Positions 1-8,027 of a DNA stretch of 64,000 bases are shown in pieces (position 1 is the first letter of the stretch; each line of letters opens with the position of its first letter). This DNA comes from an uncultured Rickettsiales bacterium. Its GTDB lineage: Bacteria > Pseudomonadota > Alphaproteobacteria > Rickettsiales > CANDYO01. The stretch lies in the NCBI GenBank assembly GCA_964550685.1, contig CAZJZY010000009.1, positions 1,181 through 65,180 of the forward strand, in the 5' to 3' direction. The notes under the pieces were generated by a model. That model worked only from the letters and a program-made list of their open reading frames with translations. It did no database searches and was not told the origin of the DNA. Both the position numbers and the translations under genes were made by a program.

Positions 1-3000
1 AACTAGCTAGATTACATTTATGCTCTTCTTGTAAGTTTATAAGCTCTTCTGTTTTGGCTAACAATGATTTGCTATTATCTTCACTCGGATTAGATAGATA
101 GACTTGTTGGAGCTTAGTTAATTCTTGATGATTTAAGTGCTCTGCTTGACTTAGATTTGCTGCGTGTTGATATTGATCTATATTTAGATTCTGACCGTTA
201 TTTGTACAGTTAAACTCAATTTCTGCCATATCAGCATGCTTAAGTAAAGTCGCATAATTAATTACTGAAGCTTTGATATACTTCTGATACTGAGGATATC
301 CTTCTACTAATTCTTGTGCAGATTGTTGGCGAACAGCCTTTAATTCTTTGAATTCTGACCATAACTTTTCGTTATGCCATAATTCTACTTTCTGACCTTG
401 GCTAGTCTCTTTCTCTTGCCAAGCGAGCAATTGACGATAAACATCTGAAGCTTTGTTTCTTACCTCTAGATATTCCCTAATTTGAATTACTTCTGGCCTT
501 CCCTCATAGTCAACATAATCATGAGCTAGAGAATTTGCATTTCTTCTAGAAAGTAATTCAAATAATGCAGGGTTCTCATGACCTATTAATTCATTATTTC
601 TATGTGATGCTTCTTTTACATTATCAAATTTACGGGCAACTATATTATTTAAAACTCCACGATCAATATAAAATAGACTACTAACTCTATGTCTAGTGGC
701 CATTACATTGAAAGACTCATAACCTACTGACTTATCAAGAAGTAAATAACTATGATCATAGGTCTTACCTTGTGATTTATAAGAGGTAATCGCATAACCA
801 TAGTCAAAATTATTAAACTTATCATTATTGATAGTAATAGTTTTATTGACAGTCTCTCCTTTTGCATTCTTGCCTAGTAATTGTACTTTAAACCTAGAAT
901 CATCAATAATACTAACGACCTTACCTAACTGACCATTCATTACCCCAAGGTAACGTTGATTCTTAGTAAAGACTAATTGCTCTCCCAGAGCAATCTTTAT
1001 AGCTCCATTCTTACCGTTGAATTCTCTTCCACCATCTTCATAAGCTATACTATGCAGCAACCCTGAATTTAATAATCTATTTCTAATTTCAAGGTTAAGC
1101 TCTTTAACCTCATCATTGCGATAAGCTATGACAATCCTTGTATCGCTTTGACCACCCTTACCTTTATTAGCGTTACTATTCCTATCATTATCTTGATGAA
1201 GTTTATCAATATAATGATTTACTAACTCACTTCTAGTAATCTCAGGACTATTGCCTATTTTAATTCTACCCTCTCTGTCTAACAGAACTAATGCTTCATC
1301 TACCCGATAATTAGATAGTTTTTTAGTGATCTCCTTGTCTAAATCACTTCTCTGTCTATATAACTCTGTTAATACTACATTCTCACATTTTTCAGTAATT
1401 CTTTCAGATGCACCTCCAATTCCAATTGCACTAAATTGGTTATTATCTCCTATAACAACTAGCTTAGCTCCAGCCTCACGAGTTTTATTTGCAATATAAT
1501 TAAATGTCTTTAAGTCCACCATCGACATTTCATCAATAATCATCACGTTCTTACTTGTAAGATTAGGTAATAAGCTGCGCACCTGTTCTCCAGAACTCTC
1601 AAGCTCAGCTCTTTGTTCCCAATCATATTGCCATTTTGATAACGTATCTGTCTTAATATTAGCTTCATTTGCTAAATTATGGGCTGCAACTGCAGAAACC
1701 GCAGCTCCTACCACTTCATATCCATGATTGTTGTATTCCCGAACTAACTTGGCCATAACTGTACTTTTACCAGTACCCGGCATACCACTCAAAGCTACTA
1801 AGTCACCCCCATTAATAAGGCTTAAGACCGCTTTGCTTTGTTCGTCACTTAAAGTTACAGCTCTAGATCCGCTACTAGGAGTTAATATGTTCTCAAGCCA
1901 AGCTCCAGCATCTGGAGTTAGTACATTTGCTAGACCATTAACAATCTTAGCTCTAATGCCTTTCGGCTCTGGACTTAAGGCCTCTAAATTAAGGCTATGT
2001 TGTCTAGATTTACCTAATCTTTCTATATGCTCAAGAAATTCTTTCTCTAAGGCTAATTGACCCTTAGTCGTATATACTTCTTTGCCCCCTAAATCACTAT
2101 CTACTAATTTAATAATTTCTTTTGAATTAGTTAGATCACTCAGCAACTCATCATATCTCTTTAAGATCTCAGCTTTAATCTCATTAAATTGCTTAGTATT
2201 CTCAATACCTAGATCATTTAAGATGGCTTGCGTCATATGTGTATCAAGCGCTTTAGCTAAGTCTAATCTATTAAATACCGCCTTATCTTTGTTTATTCCT
2301 TCAATTAACTTAATTGAGTTACTCTTAATGAACTCAACCTCATCAGCAACCCTAACTTTATTCTCAATGCTCTGGTAAAAATCTTCAATTAAACTAACAA
2401 CGTTCTCATGTAATCCAGAATTTATATCTTCTAAGGCATTACTAGAGATAGACGAATCACCAACTAAACTTATATCAAATTGGTTTATTTTACTGAATAT
2501 CCCATCACATCTAGCTAAGACAGCATCTCTAGACTCGGTGACTAAGAGCTGATGATCGCCATTACGTAAAGCAATCTCATTTAAAAGTACATCTATCTCT
2601 TTGAACAAATCAGCCCTAGAAAACGCCCCCTTAGCAAGGCTCTTATTTTTAGCCAGAGCTTGAATCAATTCATCCGGATTATCTTTAATATATTGAAGAT
2701 TAGTCTTTACTATATTGCGATTATACTCAGTACGATCTAGGACCTTTTCTTGAGATTCAACATGTAATGCTGCACCCTCATGAATAGTTGCTTGAATAAA
2801 ATCTAGTCCTCTTGTCTTGTATGACTCATGAGTTATCATCTTATCTATATCATGGATCATAAAATATTTATTATTGATATCTGCCCAATTATTTCTGAGC
2901 CCAACTAACCAGCCCTTACTGTCTAATAATCGATTCTTATTACCAAAAACCCACTCATCTTTATCATTCATTTCAAGACTTCTGGTAGTCAACATAATAT

Positions 3001-3427
3001 GAGCATGTGGATTATTTATATCATCCATATGGATATTTACATCCGCAATGATTCCATCTCTAACGAAGGTATTATTTACATATTCTGATAGTATCTGAAT
3101 GTTCTGCTCTAAGGTAAATTCCTTCTGCAATGCTAGCTTAATATCCCGAGCAAATCTCCCTTTAATATGCGTTTCTTTCTGCTCAACTTTGTTCCACAGC
3201 TTCTCTCTATCGTAACACCAGTTATCAAGTCCTTCTGGTGCAAATACTTTACTAAACTCTAGTCCATGTTTATTAGAAAAGTCATGCAGAAATGAAACTT
3301 CTAATCCAGTTTGTGGATCTATTATTGACTGAACTAAACTACTACAACTTCTATATGCTGCGCTGGCAACAGCTGAACTACCAGATGACTTACCAATACT
3401 AGAAACATTTAAATGAAATAGTGCCAT
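1..3427 (-). CDS. traA_Ti: Ti-type conjugative relaxase/helicase TraA (MobQ-class relaxase N-terminus plus RecD/TraA-like P-loop helicase); the 3' end runs off the window
   Basis: Absent from the supplied ORF track because it is open to the window edge. My reverse-strand translation from the ATG at 3427 gives MALFHLNVSSIGKSSGSSAVASAAYRSCSSL..., a MobA/MobL-type relaxase opening. Further in are SGMPGTGKSTVMAKL (Walker A), VMIIDEMSMVD (Walker B) and KLVVIGDNNQFSAIGIGG. The frame is still open at nt 2 (..EEHKCNLAS). Confidence 0.9.
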   Translation of the reverse strand, partial: MALFHLNVSSIGKSSGSSAVASAAYRSCSSLVQSIIDPQTGLEVSFLHDFSNKHGLEFSKVFAPEGLDNWCYDREKLWNKVEQKETHIKGRFARDIKLALQKEFTLEQNIQILSEYVNNTFVRDGIIADVNIHMDDINNPHAHIMLTTRSLEMNDKDEWVFGNKNRLLDSKGWLVGLRNNWADINNKYFMIHDIDKMITHESYKTRGLDFIQATIHEGAALHVESQEKVLDRTEYNRNIVKTNLQYIKDNPDELIQALAKNKSLAKGAFSRADLFKEIDVLLNEIALRNGDHQLLVTESRDAVLARCDGIFSKINQFDISLVGDSSISSNALEDINSGLHENVVSLIEDFYQSIENKVRVADEVEFIKSNSIKLIEGINKDKAVFNRLDLAKALDTHMTQAILNDLGIENTKQFNEIKAEILKRYDELLSDLTNSKEIIKLVDSDLGGKEVYTTKGQLALEKEFLEHIERLGKSRQHSLNLEALSPEPKGIRAKIVNGLANVLTPDAGAWLENILTPSSGSRAVTLSDEQSKAVLSLINGGDLVALSGMPGTGKSTVMAKLVREYNNHGYEVVGAAVSAVAAHNLANEANIKTDTLSKWQYDWEQRAELESSGEQVRSLLPNLTSKNVMIIDEMSMVDLKTFNYIANKTREAGAKLVVIGDNNQFSAIGIGGASERITEKCENVVLTELYRQRSDLDKEITKKLSNYRVDEALVLLDREGRIKIGNSPEITRSELVNHYIDKLHQDNDRNSNANKGKGGQSDTRIVIAYRNDEVKELNLEIRNRLLNSGLLHSIAYEDGGREFNGKNGAIKIALGEQLVFTKNQRYLGVMNGQLGKVVSIIDDSRFKVQLLGKNAKGETVNKTITINNDKFNNFDYGYAITSYKSQGKTYDHSYLLLDKSVGYESFNVMATRHRVSSLFYIDRGVLNNIVARKFDNVKEASHRNNELIGHENPALFELLSRRNANSLAHDYVDYEGRPEVIQIREYLEVRNKASDVYRQLLAWQEKETSQGQKVELWHNEKLWSEFKELKAVRQQSAQELVEGYPQYQKYIKASVINYATLLKHADMAEIEFNCTNNGQNLNIDQYQHAANLSQAEHLNHQELTKLQQVYLSNPSEDNSKSLLAKTEELINLQEEHKCNLAS

Positions 3428-3509
3428 AGCTTTATAAAATCAGTTATATAATTATATATTTGAAATATTTATTCCAAATAATAGTTTTAGTATTAAATTT
3501 AAATGATGA

Positions 3510-3555
3510 GCGCGCTTGCATTATATCACCGATATAATGCGTAAGTGCGCCATTA
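3510..3555 (+). promoter_or_regulatory. oriT: origin of transfer (oriT), RSF1010/Ti (MobQ) class: inverted repeat followed by the nick core
   Basis: Perfect 10-bp inverted repeat GCATTATATC (3518-3527) / GATATAATGC (3531-3540) with a 3-nt loop. It is followed immediately by GTAAGTGCGCC (3541-3551), which matches the nick-region core of RSF1010/R1162 oriT as I recall it. The site lies between divergent traA_Ti and traC/traD-like genes, as in Ti plasmids. Confidence 0.75.
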
Positions 3556-3640
3556 GCAAGTAATGGATTTTAACACGTATCTACTCCATATGTCAAGGGA
3601 GCTAATTATTATTATGATGCTTTTATCTATGGTTCAAGAT

Positions 3641-3666
3641 TTAGGGGGCTCATTGCCGCCCCCTAA
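3641..3666. repeat. GC-rich perfect hairpin (9-bp stem TTAGGGGGC/GCCCCCTAA, 8-nt loop), role unknown
   Basis: Read directly from the sequence. It stands out in otherwise AT-rich non-coding DNA about 90 bp to the leading side of the predicted nick. Confidence 0.6.
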
Positions 3667-3915
3667 CACCTACGCTAGGATATTTAATTACAAGGTGAGG
3701 TTTATTACTATGTTGTCAAATATACAGATTTTTTATTACCTATCGAACACTTGTAAAGTAAATTAAATATTGTTATAATATTATTGCAGTACAGGTTGGG
3801 AAATCGATGACTGCACAAGGTGAGGTTTAGGATTAATTCGAAGTAGTTAACCTAAATCTCTCTTCTTTTTCTATCTATAAATAGGAAACATAATTAGATC
3901 TATTGGGAAGGATAT

Positions 3916-4272
3916 ATGAAACATAATTGCAATTTGATATACGTTGATAATGTAAAAATAGCCCATCTTATTTATAATTTTATTCAAGAAAGAATAGATC
4001 ACCATTTGACTTCATACTCAGGTTTTTATTTAACTCATAACGAACAAACTTCTATAAGTAATGTTAGCCAGGTAATTGAATCAGAGCTATATAGCTATCT
4101 ATCAACTCTAATAAACAAACACCTCCCCTCCTCTATTACAAGAAATATTGGTACTTTACCTGTATTTATTGAGTTTTTAATTACTAAGTGGAGCCCTGTC
4201 ATTAAGGAAGAATTAGAACAAAAAATAAATTATATAAACCTAATTTTCTATAATAAAAAGGAAGCATCCTAG
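3916..4272 (+). CDS. hypothetical protein (118 aa), first ORF of the predicted leading region
   Basis: ORF track entry. GGAAGGA lies upstream of the ATG. I recognise no motif. Confidence 0.5.
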   Translation: MKHNCNLIYVDNVKIAHLIYNFIQERIDHHLTSYSGFYLTHNEQTSISNVSQVIESELYSYLSTLINKHLPSSITRNIGTLPVFIEFLITKWSPVIKEELEQKINYINLIFYNKKEAS

Positions 4273-4323
4273 AATGTTCTAACAATAACTGCGCAAATAC
4301 ATACCCCTAAGGAGAAAACACAA

Positions 4324-4629
4324 ATGACTAAAACTACAGATAAAAAGATTCCTAGAACAAAACCAGACTATTCAACAAAACTTAAAAAACTTGAAGATGA
4401 AAAGCAACTCCTTATTCTTCAAAGGAAAGAAGAGATTTTTACTATAATTGACAAGATAGGCTGCCTTTCAGTTGATAATGAATTACTCGCCGGAGCTTTA
4501 GGTATTTTGAAAGAAATAGAGGGAAAATCAGCTCAAGAATTACCTGATAATTTAAAAGCTTTTGAACTCCTAATGAGAGAAAAGGCACCTATGTTTTTTC
4601 GTCGCAAATCCAGGACTAGTAAATCTTAA
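4324..4629 (+). CDS. TraC_Ti-like relaxosome accessory protein
   Basis: 101 aa. The coiled N-terminus KLKKLEDEKQLLILQRKEE is followed by ..IGCLSVDNELLAGALGILKE.., resembling Ti-plasmid TraC. Its position (oriT, then traC, then traD) matches Ti plasmids. Confidence 0.5.
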   Translation: MTKTTDKKIPRTKPDYSTKLKKLEDEKQLLILQRKEEIFTIIDKIGCLSVDNELLAGALGILKEIEGKSAQELPDNLKAFELLMREKAPMFFRRKSRTSKS

Positions 4630-4702
4630 AAATAGCACAATCCTGGAGAAAATCCGAAAAATCATTAAACAATCCTATTATTATCAACTAAATTTAAAAC
4701 GC

Positions 4703-4939
4703 ATGATAAACAAAGAACGAAAGATTGATACACGTAACAAGATAGAACTAGGTGGCTTAGTTATAAAAGCTAAATTAGGATATCTTCAAGAAAAACATAA
4801 GGATGTAATTCTTGGGGCAATGATAGAAGCGTATAACAAAATACATGATCAAGCTTCAGGCGAGCAGTATTTTCAATTCTATCAAAAGCTCGGAGAAGAG
4901 TCATTTAAGAAAACTCGGACAAATATAACTCAAAATTAG
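4703..4939 (+). CDS. traD_Ti: TraD_Ti-like conjugal transfer protein
   Basis: The N-terminus ERKIDTRNKIELGGLVIKAKLG matches the conserved RK.DTR.KI.LGGL.IKAGL signature of Ti-type TraD. The size (78 aa) fits. Confidence 0.7.
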   Translation: MINKERKIDTRNKIELGGLVIKAKLGYLQEKHKDVILGAMIEAYNKIHDQASGEQYFQFYQKLGEESFKKTRTNITQN

Positions 4940-4958
4940 GGATCTTGATTTTAAGAAT

Positions 4959-5228
4959 ATGGCCAATAACTCCAATAATAAGATCGATTTTAATAGGTGG
5001 GAGAGCTGGGGCTGGAAATCTTATAGTCGGTATTATCACCTATCCCTATCTCAAACCTTATTTGGAGAATGGGTGGTTACAAAAAAATGGGGAGGATTAC
5101 ACACTAATATTCATGGCGCCAAAAAACATTACTGCAATCCCTCAACGGAACTTACAGATGAGGTAGCTGCTATCTTTGCTGAAGTTCATAAAAAACGTAT
5201 TGCTAGGGGATATGCTTTGGATATATAG
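4959..5228 (+). CDS. stand-alone WGR-domain protein (89 aa)
   Basis: WGWKSYSRYYHLSLSQTLFGEWVVTKKWGG...AIFAEVHKKRIARGY fits the WGR pattern (RFY.L.L..DLFG.W.L...WGRIG......KRRRGY). I prefer this to the overlapping ORF 4945..5166. Confidence 0.7.
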   Translation: MANNSNNKIDFNRWESWGWKSYSRYYHLSLSQTLFGEWVVTKKWGGLHTNIHGAKKHYCNPSTELTDEVAAIFAEVHKKRIARGYALDI

Positions 5229-5417
5229 CTCAGAAAAAACAATAATTCTTAATAACGCCGAATTCATATTATAAATGTCTGCATTTACCAGACCAAAGTG
5301 CAAGAAATTTATCGAGGACAGAAAAACCACCTCTCTACAATTCTTAATTATTAGCAAAAACAATAAAAATGCTATCTCTAGTTTTACACCAGAGACAACA
5401 CCTATTTTATTAATATA

Positions 5418-5963
5418 CTATTTATTTTTACGAGGACGAGTTGGTTTCTTGCTGTTATCAAAAGATTTTGTTACACCATCTTTAGTTACTGTGGTAGTCG
5501 TACCGTTTCTGGTAGCAGTTCCTTGGCTACTGGTCGCGGTAATGCTTCCATCTTCGTTTTTAGCTACTGTTGCTCCATTTCCTGTGTTTTTATTATAAAT
5601 ATCTACTTGCTGTTCTTGCCCCTGAACGGTTACGTTTCCATTTTCCCCTGAGATTCTTACGGAGGCACCTCCGGTTTCTATAGCTCCACTTTTACCATTA
5701 GGGCCTACTACTCCCACATAAACACCTTGCTCATCTGGTCTTTGAACATATATAGCACCATCATTAGAGCCAGTCACAGTTAGAACTCCATCCTCTTTAT
5801 TTACAGTTGCAGTTGCGCTGCCGACGGGTTCCCCATTGGAATTATATATAGTGGCAGTGTTCCCATCGATGGTTTTTGTAGGTTCAGCAAGTACATTCCC
5901 ACTCATAAAAATGCCAATACTACATAATATAGTGGTGGTAATTTTTAATATATTCTTATCCAT
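5418..5963 (-). CDS. secreted T/G/N-rich protein with a basic tail (181 aa)
   Basis: Strong RBS (AAGGAGAAG) and a Sec-type signal peptide (..CSIGIFMSGNVLA/EP). The body is low-complexity and Gly/Thr/Asn-rich. Confidence 0.75.
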   Translation of the reverse strand: MDKNILKITTTILCSIGIFMSGNVLAEPTKTIDGNTATIYNSNGEPVGSATATVNKEDGVLTVTGSNDGAIYVQRPDEQGVYVGVVGPNGKSGAIETGGASVRISGENGNVTVQGQEQQVDIYNKNTGNGATVAKNEDGSITATSSQGTATRNGTTTTVTKDGVTKSFDNSKKPTRPRKNK

Positions 5964-6179
5964 ATTTCTTCTCCTTTGGATTATGTAAATTATAAATCTA
6001 AAATGACAAGGCGTTTCAATCTACAGTTAAAGTTTAGCAGGGTAGAATATTGAAGACAAGAAAAAGGTTATATGAGTATTCATCAAGTAACAAAGGTGAT
6101 TTAATTTGTGTATTTCTATTTGCATGCTATTTTAATAAAAATACTTGCTGTTCTCCTTTTATTGTAGCAAAATCACTGT

Positions 6180-6760
6180 ATGAAAATGAGAAATTGTGAA
6201 ATACTTTATTATAACCTAGAGCCTGGCAAAACATACCGCAGGGATGCTCTATTGCCATTTTCTAACGCTATAGATAGAGATTTAGCAACCCTCACTCATA
6301 AAGGTATGCTAGAAAAATGTCAGGCGGGCTCTACTATAAACCTAAATTCTCACGCTTAGGAAAATTACCCCCAAATGATCAAGAGCTAGTAGCCTCTTTT
6401 CTAGACGACGATAAATTCTTATTATACTCATGGAGTCAGTATAACTCACTGGGATTAGGATTAACCCAGCTTTACAACAAACTAGTGGTATATAATTTTA
6501 AAAGACATGGTTTATTTAAACTAGGAAATAAAACTTATGATTTCCGTCGTCCAAACCGTGGGTTTCCTACTAATTTTACAGCTGAGTTTTTGTTAGTTGA
6601 TGTGCTAAATAATTTAGAAGAATTAGCTGAAGATTCAAACTCTATTAGGGCACAAATCAAAAACAATTTATATAGATTTGACCAGAATAAAGTAAAAGAT
6701 TATGCAATGAATTATGGTAAAGTAGCTACTAAGCGTTTTTTTAAAGAGCTATGTAATTAA
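6180..6760 (+). pseudogene. DUF6088/AbiEi-like wHTH protein, frameshifted in an A5 run (6313-6317)
   Basis: A 59-codon ORF starts at ATG 6180 (MKMRNCEILYYNLEPGKTYRRDALLPFSNAIDRDLATLTHKGMLEK..). It continues in the next frame as ..SGGLYYKPKFSRLGKLPPNDQELVASF.. (track ORF 6317..6760). Joined, the two parts read like the ..L.RL...G.I.R...GLYY.P.. N-terminus of AbiEi/DUF6088 proteins. Confidence 0.55.
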
Positions 6761-6823
6761 TGTTATTTCTTCATGGAGTTTTGACCAACACCCCCAAAGC
6801 AAACCAAATTTTAATTGGCACAA

Positions 6824-6854
6824 TGTACATAAATACATTTGTACATCTGTACAT
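6824..6854. promoter_or_regulatory. putative operator/promoter of the RelB/DinJ-yafQ operon: three TGTACAT motifs
   Basis: TGTACAT occurs at 6824-6830, 6840-6846 and 6848-6854, each containing the TGTACA palindrome. The cluster lies 45-75 bp upstream of the antitoxin ATG. Confidence 0.45.
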
Positions 6855-6898
6855 TTCATGCTACTATAAATTCATATAATAATATAAAGGTTAATAAA

Positions 6899-7129
6899 AT
6901 GAGCAGGATTAGCATAGAAGTCTCAGATGAACAACATACTCAAATTAAAGTAATGGCTTCTTTACAGAAGAAAACCATAAAGGATTTAATTATTGAAAAT
7001 ATTTTTAAAACGCCCCAAGCTAGAGAGTTAAATCAAGCTACTTTAAAGGCCATTGAAGATATTAGAAATAACAATGAACTTAATACTTATAGCTCCGTCG
7101 AGACTTTATTTGCAAGGCTTAATAAATAA
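6899..7129 (+). CDS. RelB/DinJ-family antitoxin
   Basis: Start moved to ATG 6899 (MSRISIEV..), preceded by AAGG. It has a ribbon-helix-helix-like N-terminus and a C-terminal ..LNQATLKAIEDIRNN..SSVETLFARL typical of DinJ-type partners. Its stop abuts the yafQ ATG. Confidence 0.75.
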   Translation: MSRISIEVSDEQHTQIKVMASLQKKTIKDLIIENIFKTPQARELNQATLKAIEDIRNNNELNTYSSVETLFARLNK

Positions 7130-7396
7130 ATGCTAATAAAAACAACCAAAGCATTTGAGAAAGATCTAATGAGAATACAAAAAAGGGGCAAGGATATTTC
7201 TAAATTAGAGTATATAGTCAAGCTATTAGCTAATAATGATGTCTTGCAGGCAAAATACAGAGACCATAAATTATCGGGTAACTATCAAAATTTTAGAGAG
7301 TGTCATATTGAACCAGATTGGCTGTTGATATACGAGAATCAGAACAATATACTGCATCTTGCTAGAACGGGCTCTCATTCAGACTTATTTAAATAG
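7130..7396 (+). CDS. yafQ: YafQ-family (RelE superfamily) mRNA interferase toxin
   Basis: FEKDLMRIQKRGKDISKL ... YRDHKLSGNYQNFRECHIEPDWLLIYE....LHLARTGSHSDLF is the YafQ signature. Confidence 0.9.
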   Translation: MLIKTTKAFEKDLMRIQKRGKDISKLEYIVKLLANNDVLQAKYRDHKLSGNYQNFRECHIEPDWLLIYENQNNILHLARTGSHSDLFK

Positions 7397-7595
7397 TTGA
7401 TTTACCTATTTTCTTACTCGACATAAAAAATATGGTTGACCATCCGGTAACTACATTTTTAACCAACGTTTATATTCATAGACTATAATTCTTAAATATC
7501 CGATACACTAGGAATATCTATATCCATAATCTCTTTATATCCAGATTTTACTCTGTTATTATGTTGTTAGCTAATAATAACTCTTTGGATTAAAT

Positions 7596-8027
7596 ATGAT
7601 TCACTCTATTTTTAAGTCTGACATAGACGAAAAACCAACAATTTACCAGCTTCCTCTCCAAGCCTGCAAGGTCCAAGCGGGTTTTCCTTCGTTTGCAGAC
7701 GATTCCATTGAGGATCATATAGATTTGAACAAATACTTAATTAAGCATCCAGCTGCAACTTTTTTTGTTAGAGTTAGCGGGGATTCAATGCTTGGAGCCG
7801 GCATTCATGATAATGACCTTTTAATAGTTGATCGCAGTTTAACTCCTAGTAATGGTAAAATTATTATTGCAGTGGTAGAGGGTTATTTAACTGTTAAACG
7901 TCTAATAATCAAAAACGATAAAGCTTATCTATATGCTGAAAACGATACTTTTATTCCCATCAAAATTAACTCAGAGACAGGCACCCATATTTGGGGGGTA
8001 GTCACCAATGTAATTCACCCTTTATGA
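7596..8027 (+). CDS. umuD: UmuD, LexA-like S24 autopeptidase subunit of DNA polymerase V
   Basis: AGFPSFADD, VRVSGDSMLGAGIHDNDLLIVDRS and LTVKRL (Ser/Lys dyad context). It overlaps umuC in an ATGA arrangement. Confidence 0.9.
   Translation: MIHSIFKSDIDEKPTIYQLPLQACKVQAGFPSFADDSIEDHIDLNKYLIKHPAATFFVRVSGDSMLGAGIHDNDLLIVDRSLTPSNGKIIIAVVEGYLTVKRLIIKNDKAYLYAENDTFIPIKINSETGTHIWGVVTNVIHPL

Noticed and set aside
1728-2378. Plus-strand ORFs 1728..2060 and 2082..2378 from the track
   Set aside because: They lie antisense inside the long uninterrupted traA_Ti reading frame, whose Walker A and B motifs are encoded exactly here on the minus strand. They have no RBS and a low-complexity composition, so they are shadow ORFs.
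3563-3766. 67-aa ORF across the oriT-proximal spacer
   Set aside because: No RBS, odd composition, and it spans the GC hairpin. More likely non-coding leader or oriT-adjacent DNA.
4945-5166. 73-aa ORF overlapping the WGR ORF in another frame
   Set aside because: The 4959..5228 frame carries a recognisable WGR pattern. This frame has no recognisable features.
5142-5598. ORFs 5142..5363 (-) and 5275..5598 (+)
   Set aside because: The first sits in the convergent intergenic gap without an RBS. The second is antisense to the well-supported secreted-protein gene (RBS plus signal peptide).
7500-7595. Possible LexA/SOS box upstream of umuD (TACTCTGTTATTATGTTGTTAG)
   Set aside because: Only the left CTGT half-site is present. 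There is no ACAG at the N8 spacing and no alpha-type GAAC/GTTC direct repeat, so I cannot call an SOS box by eye.
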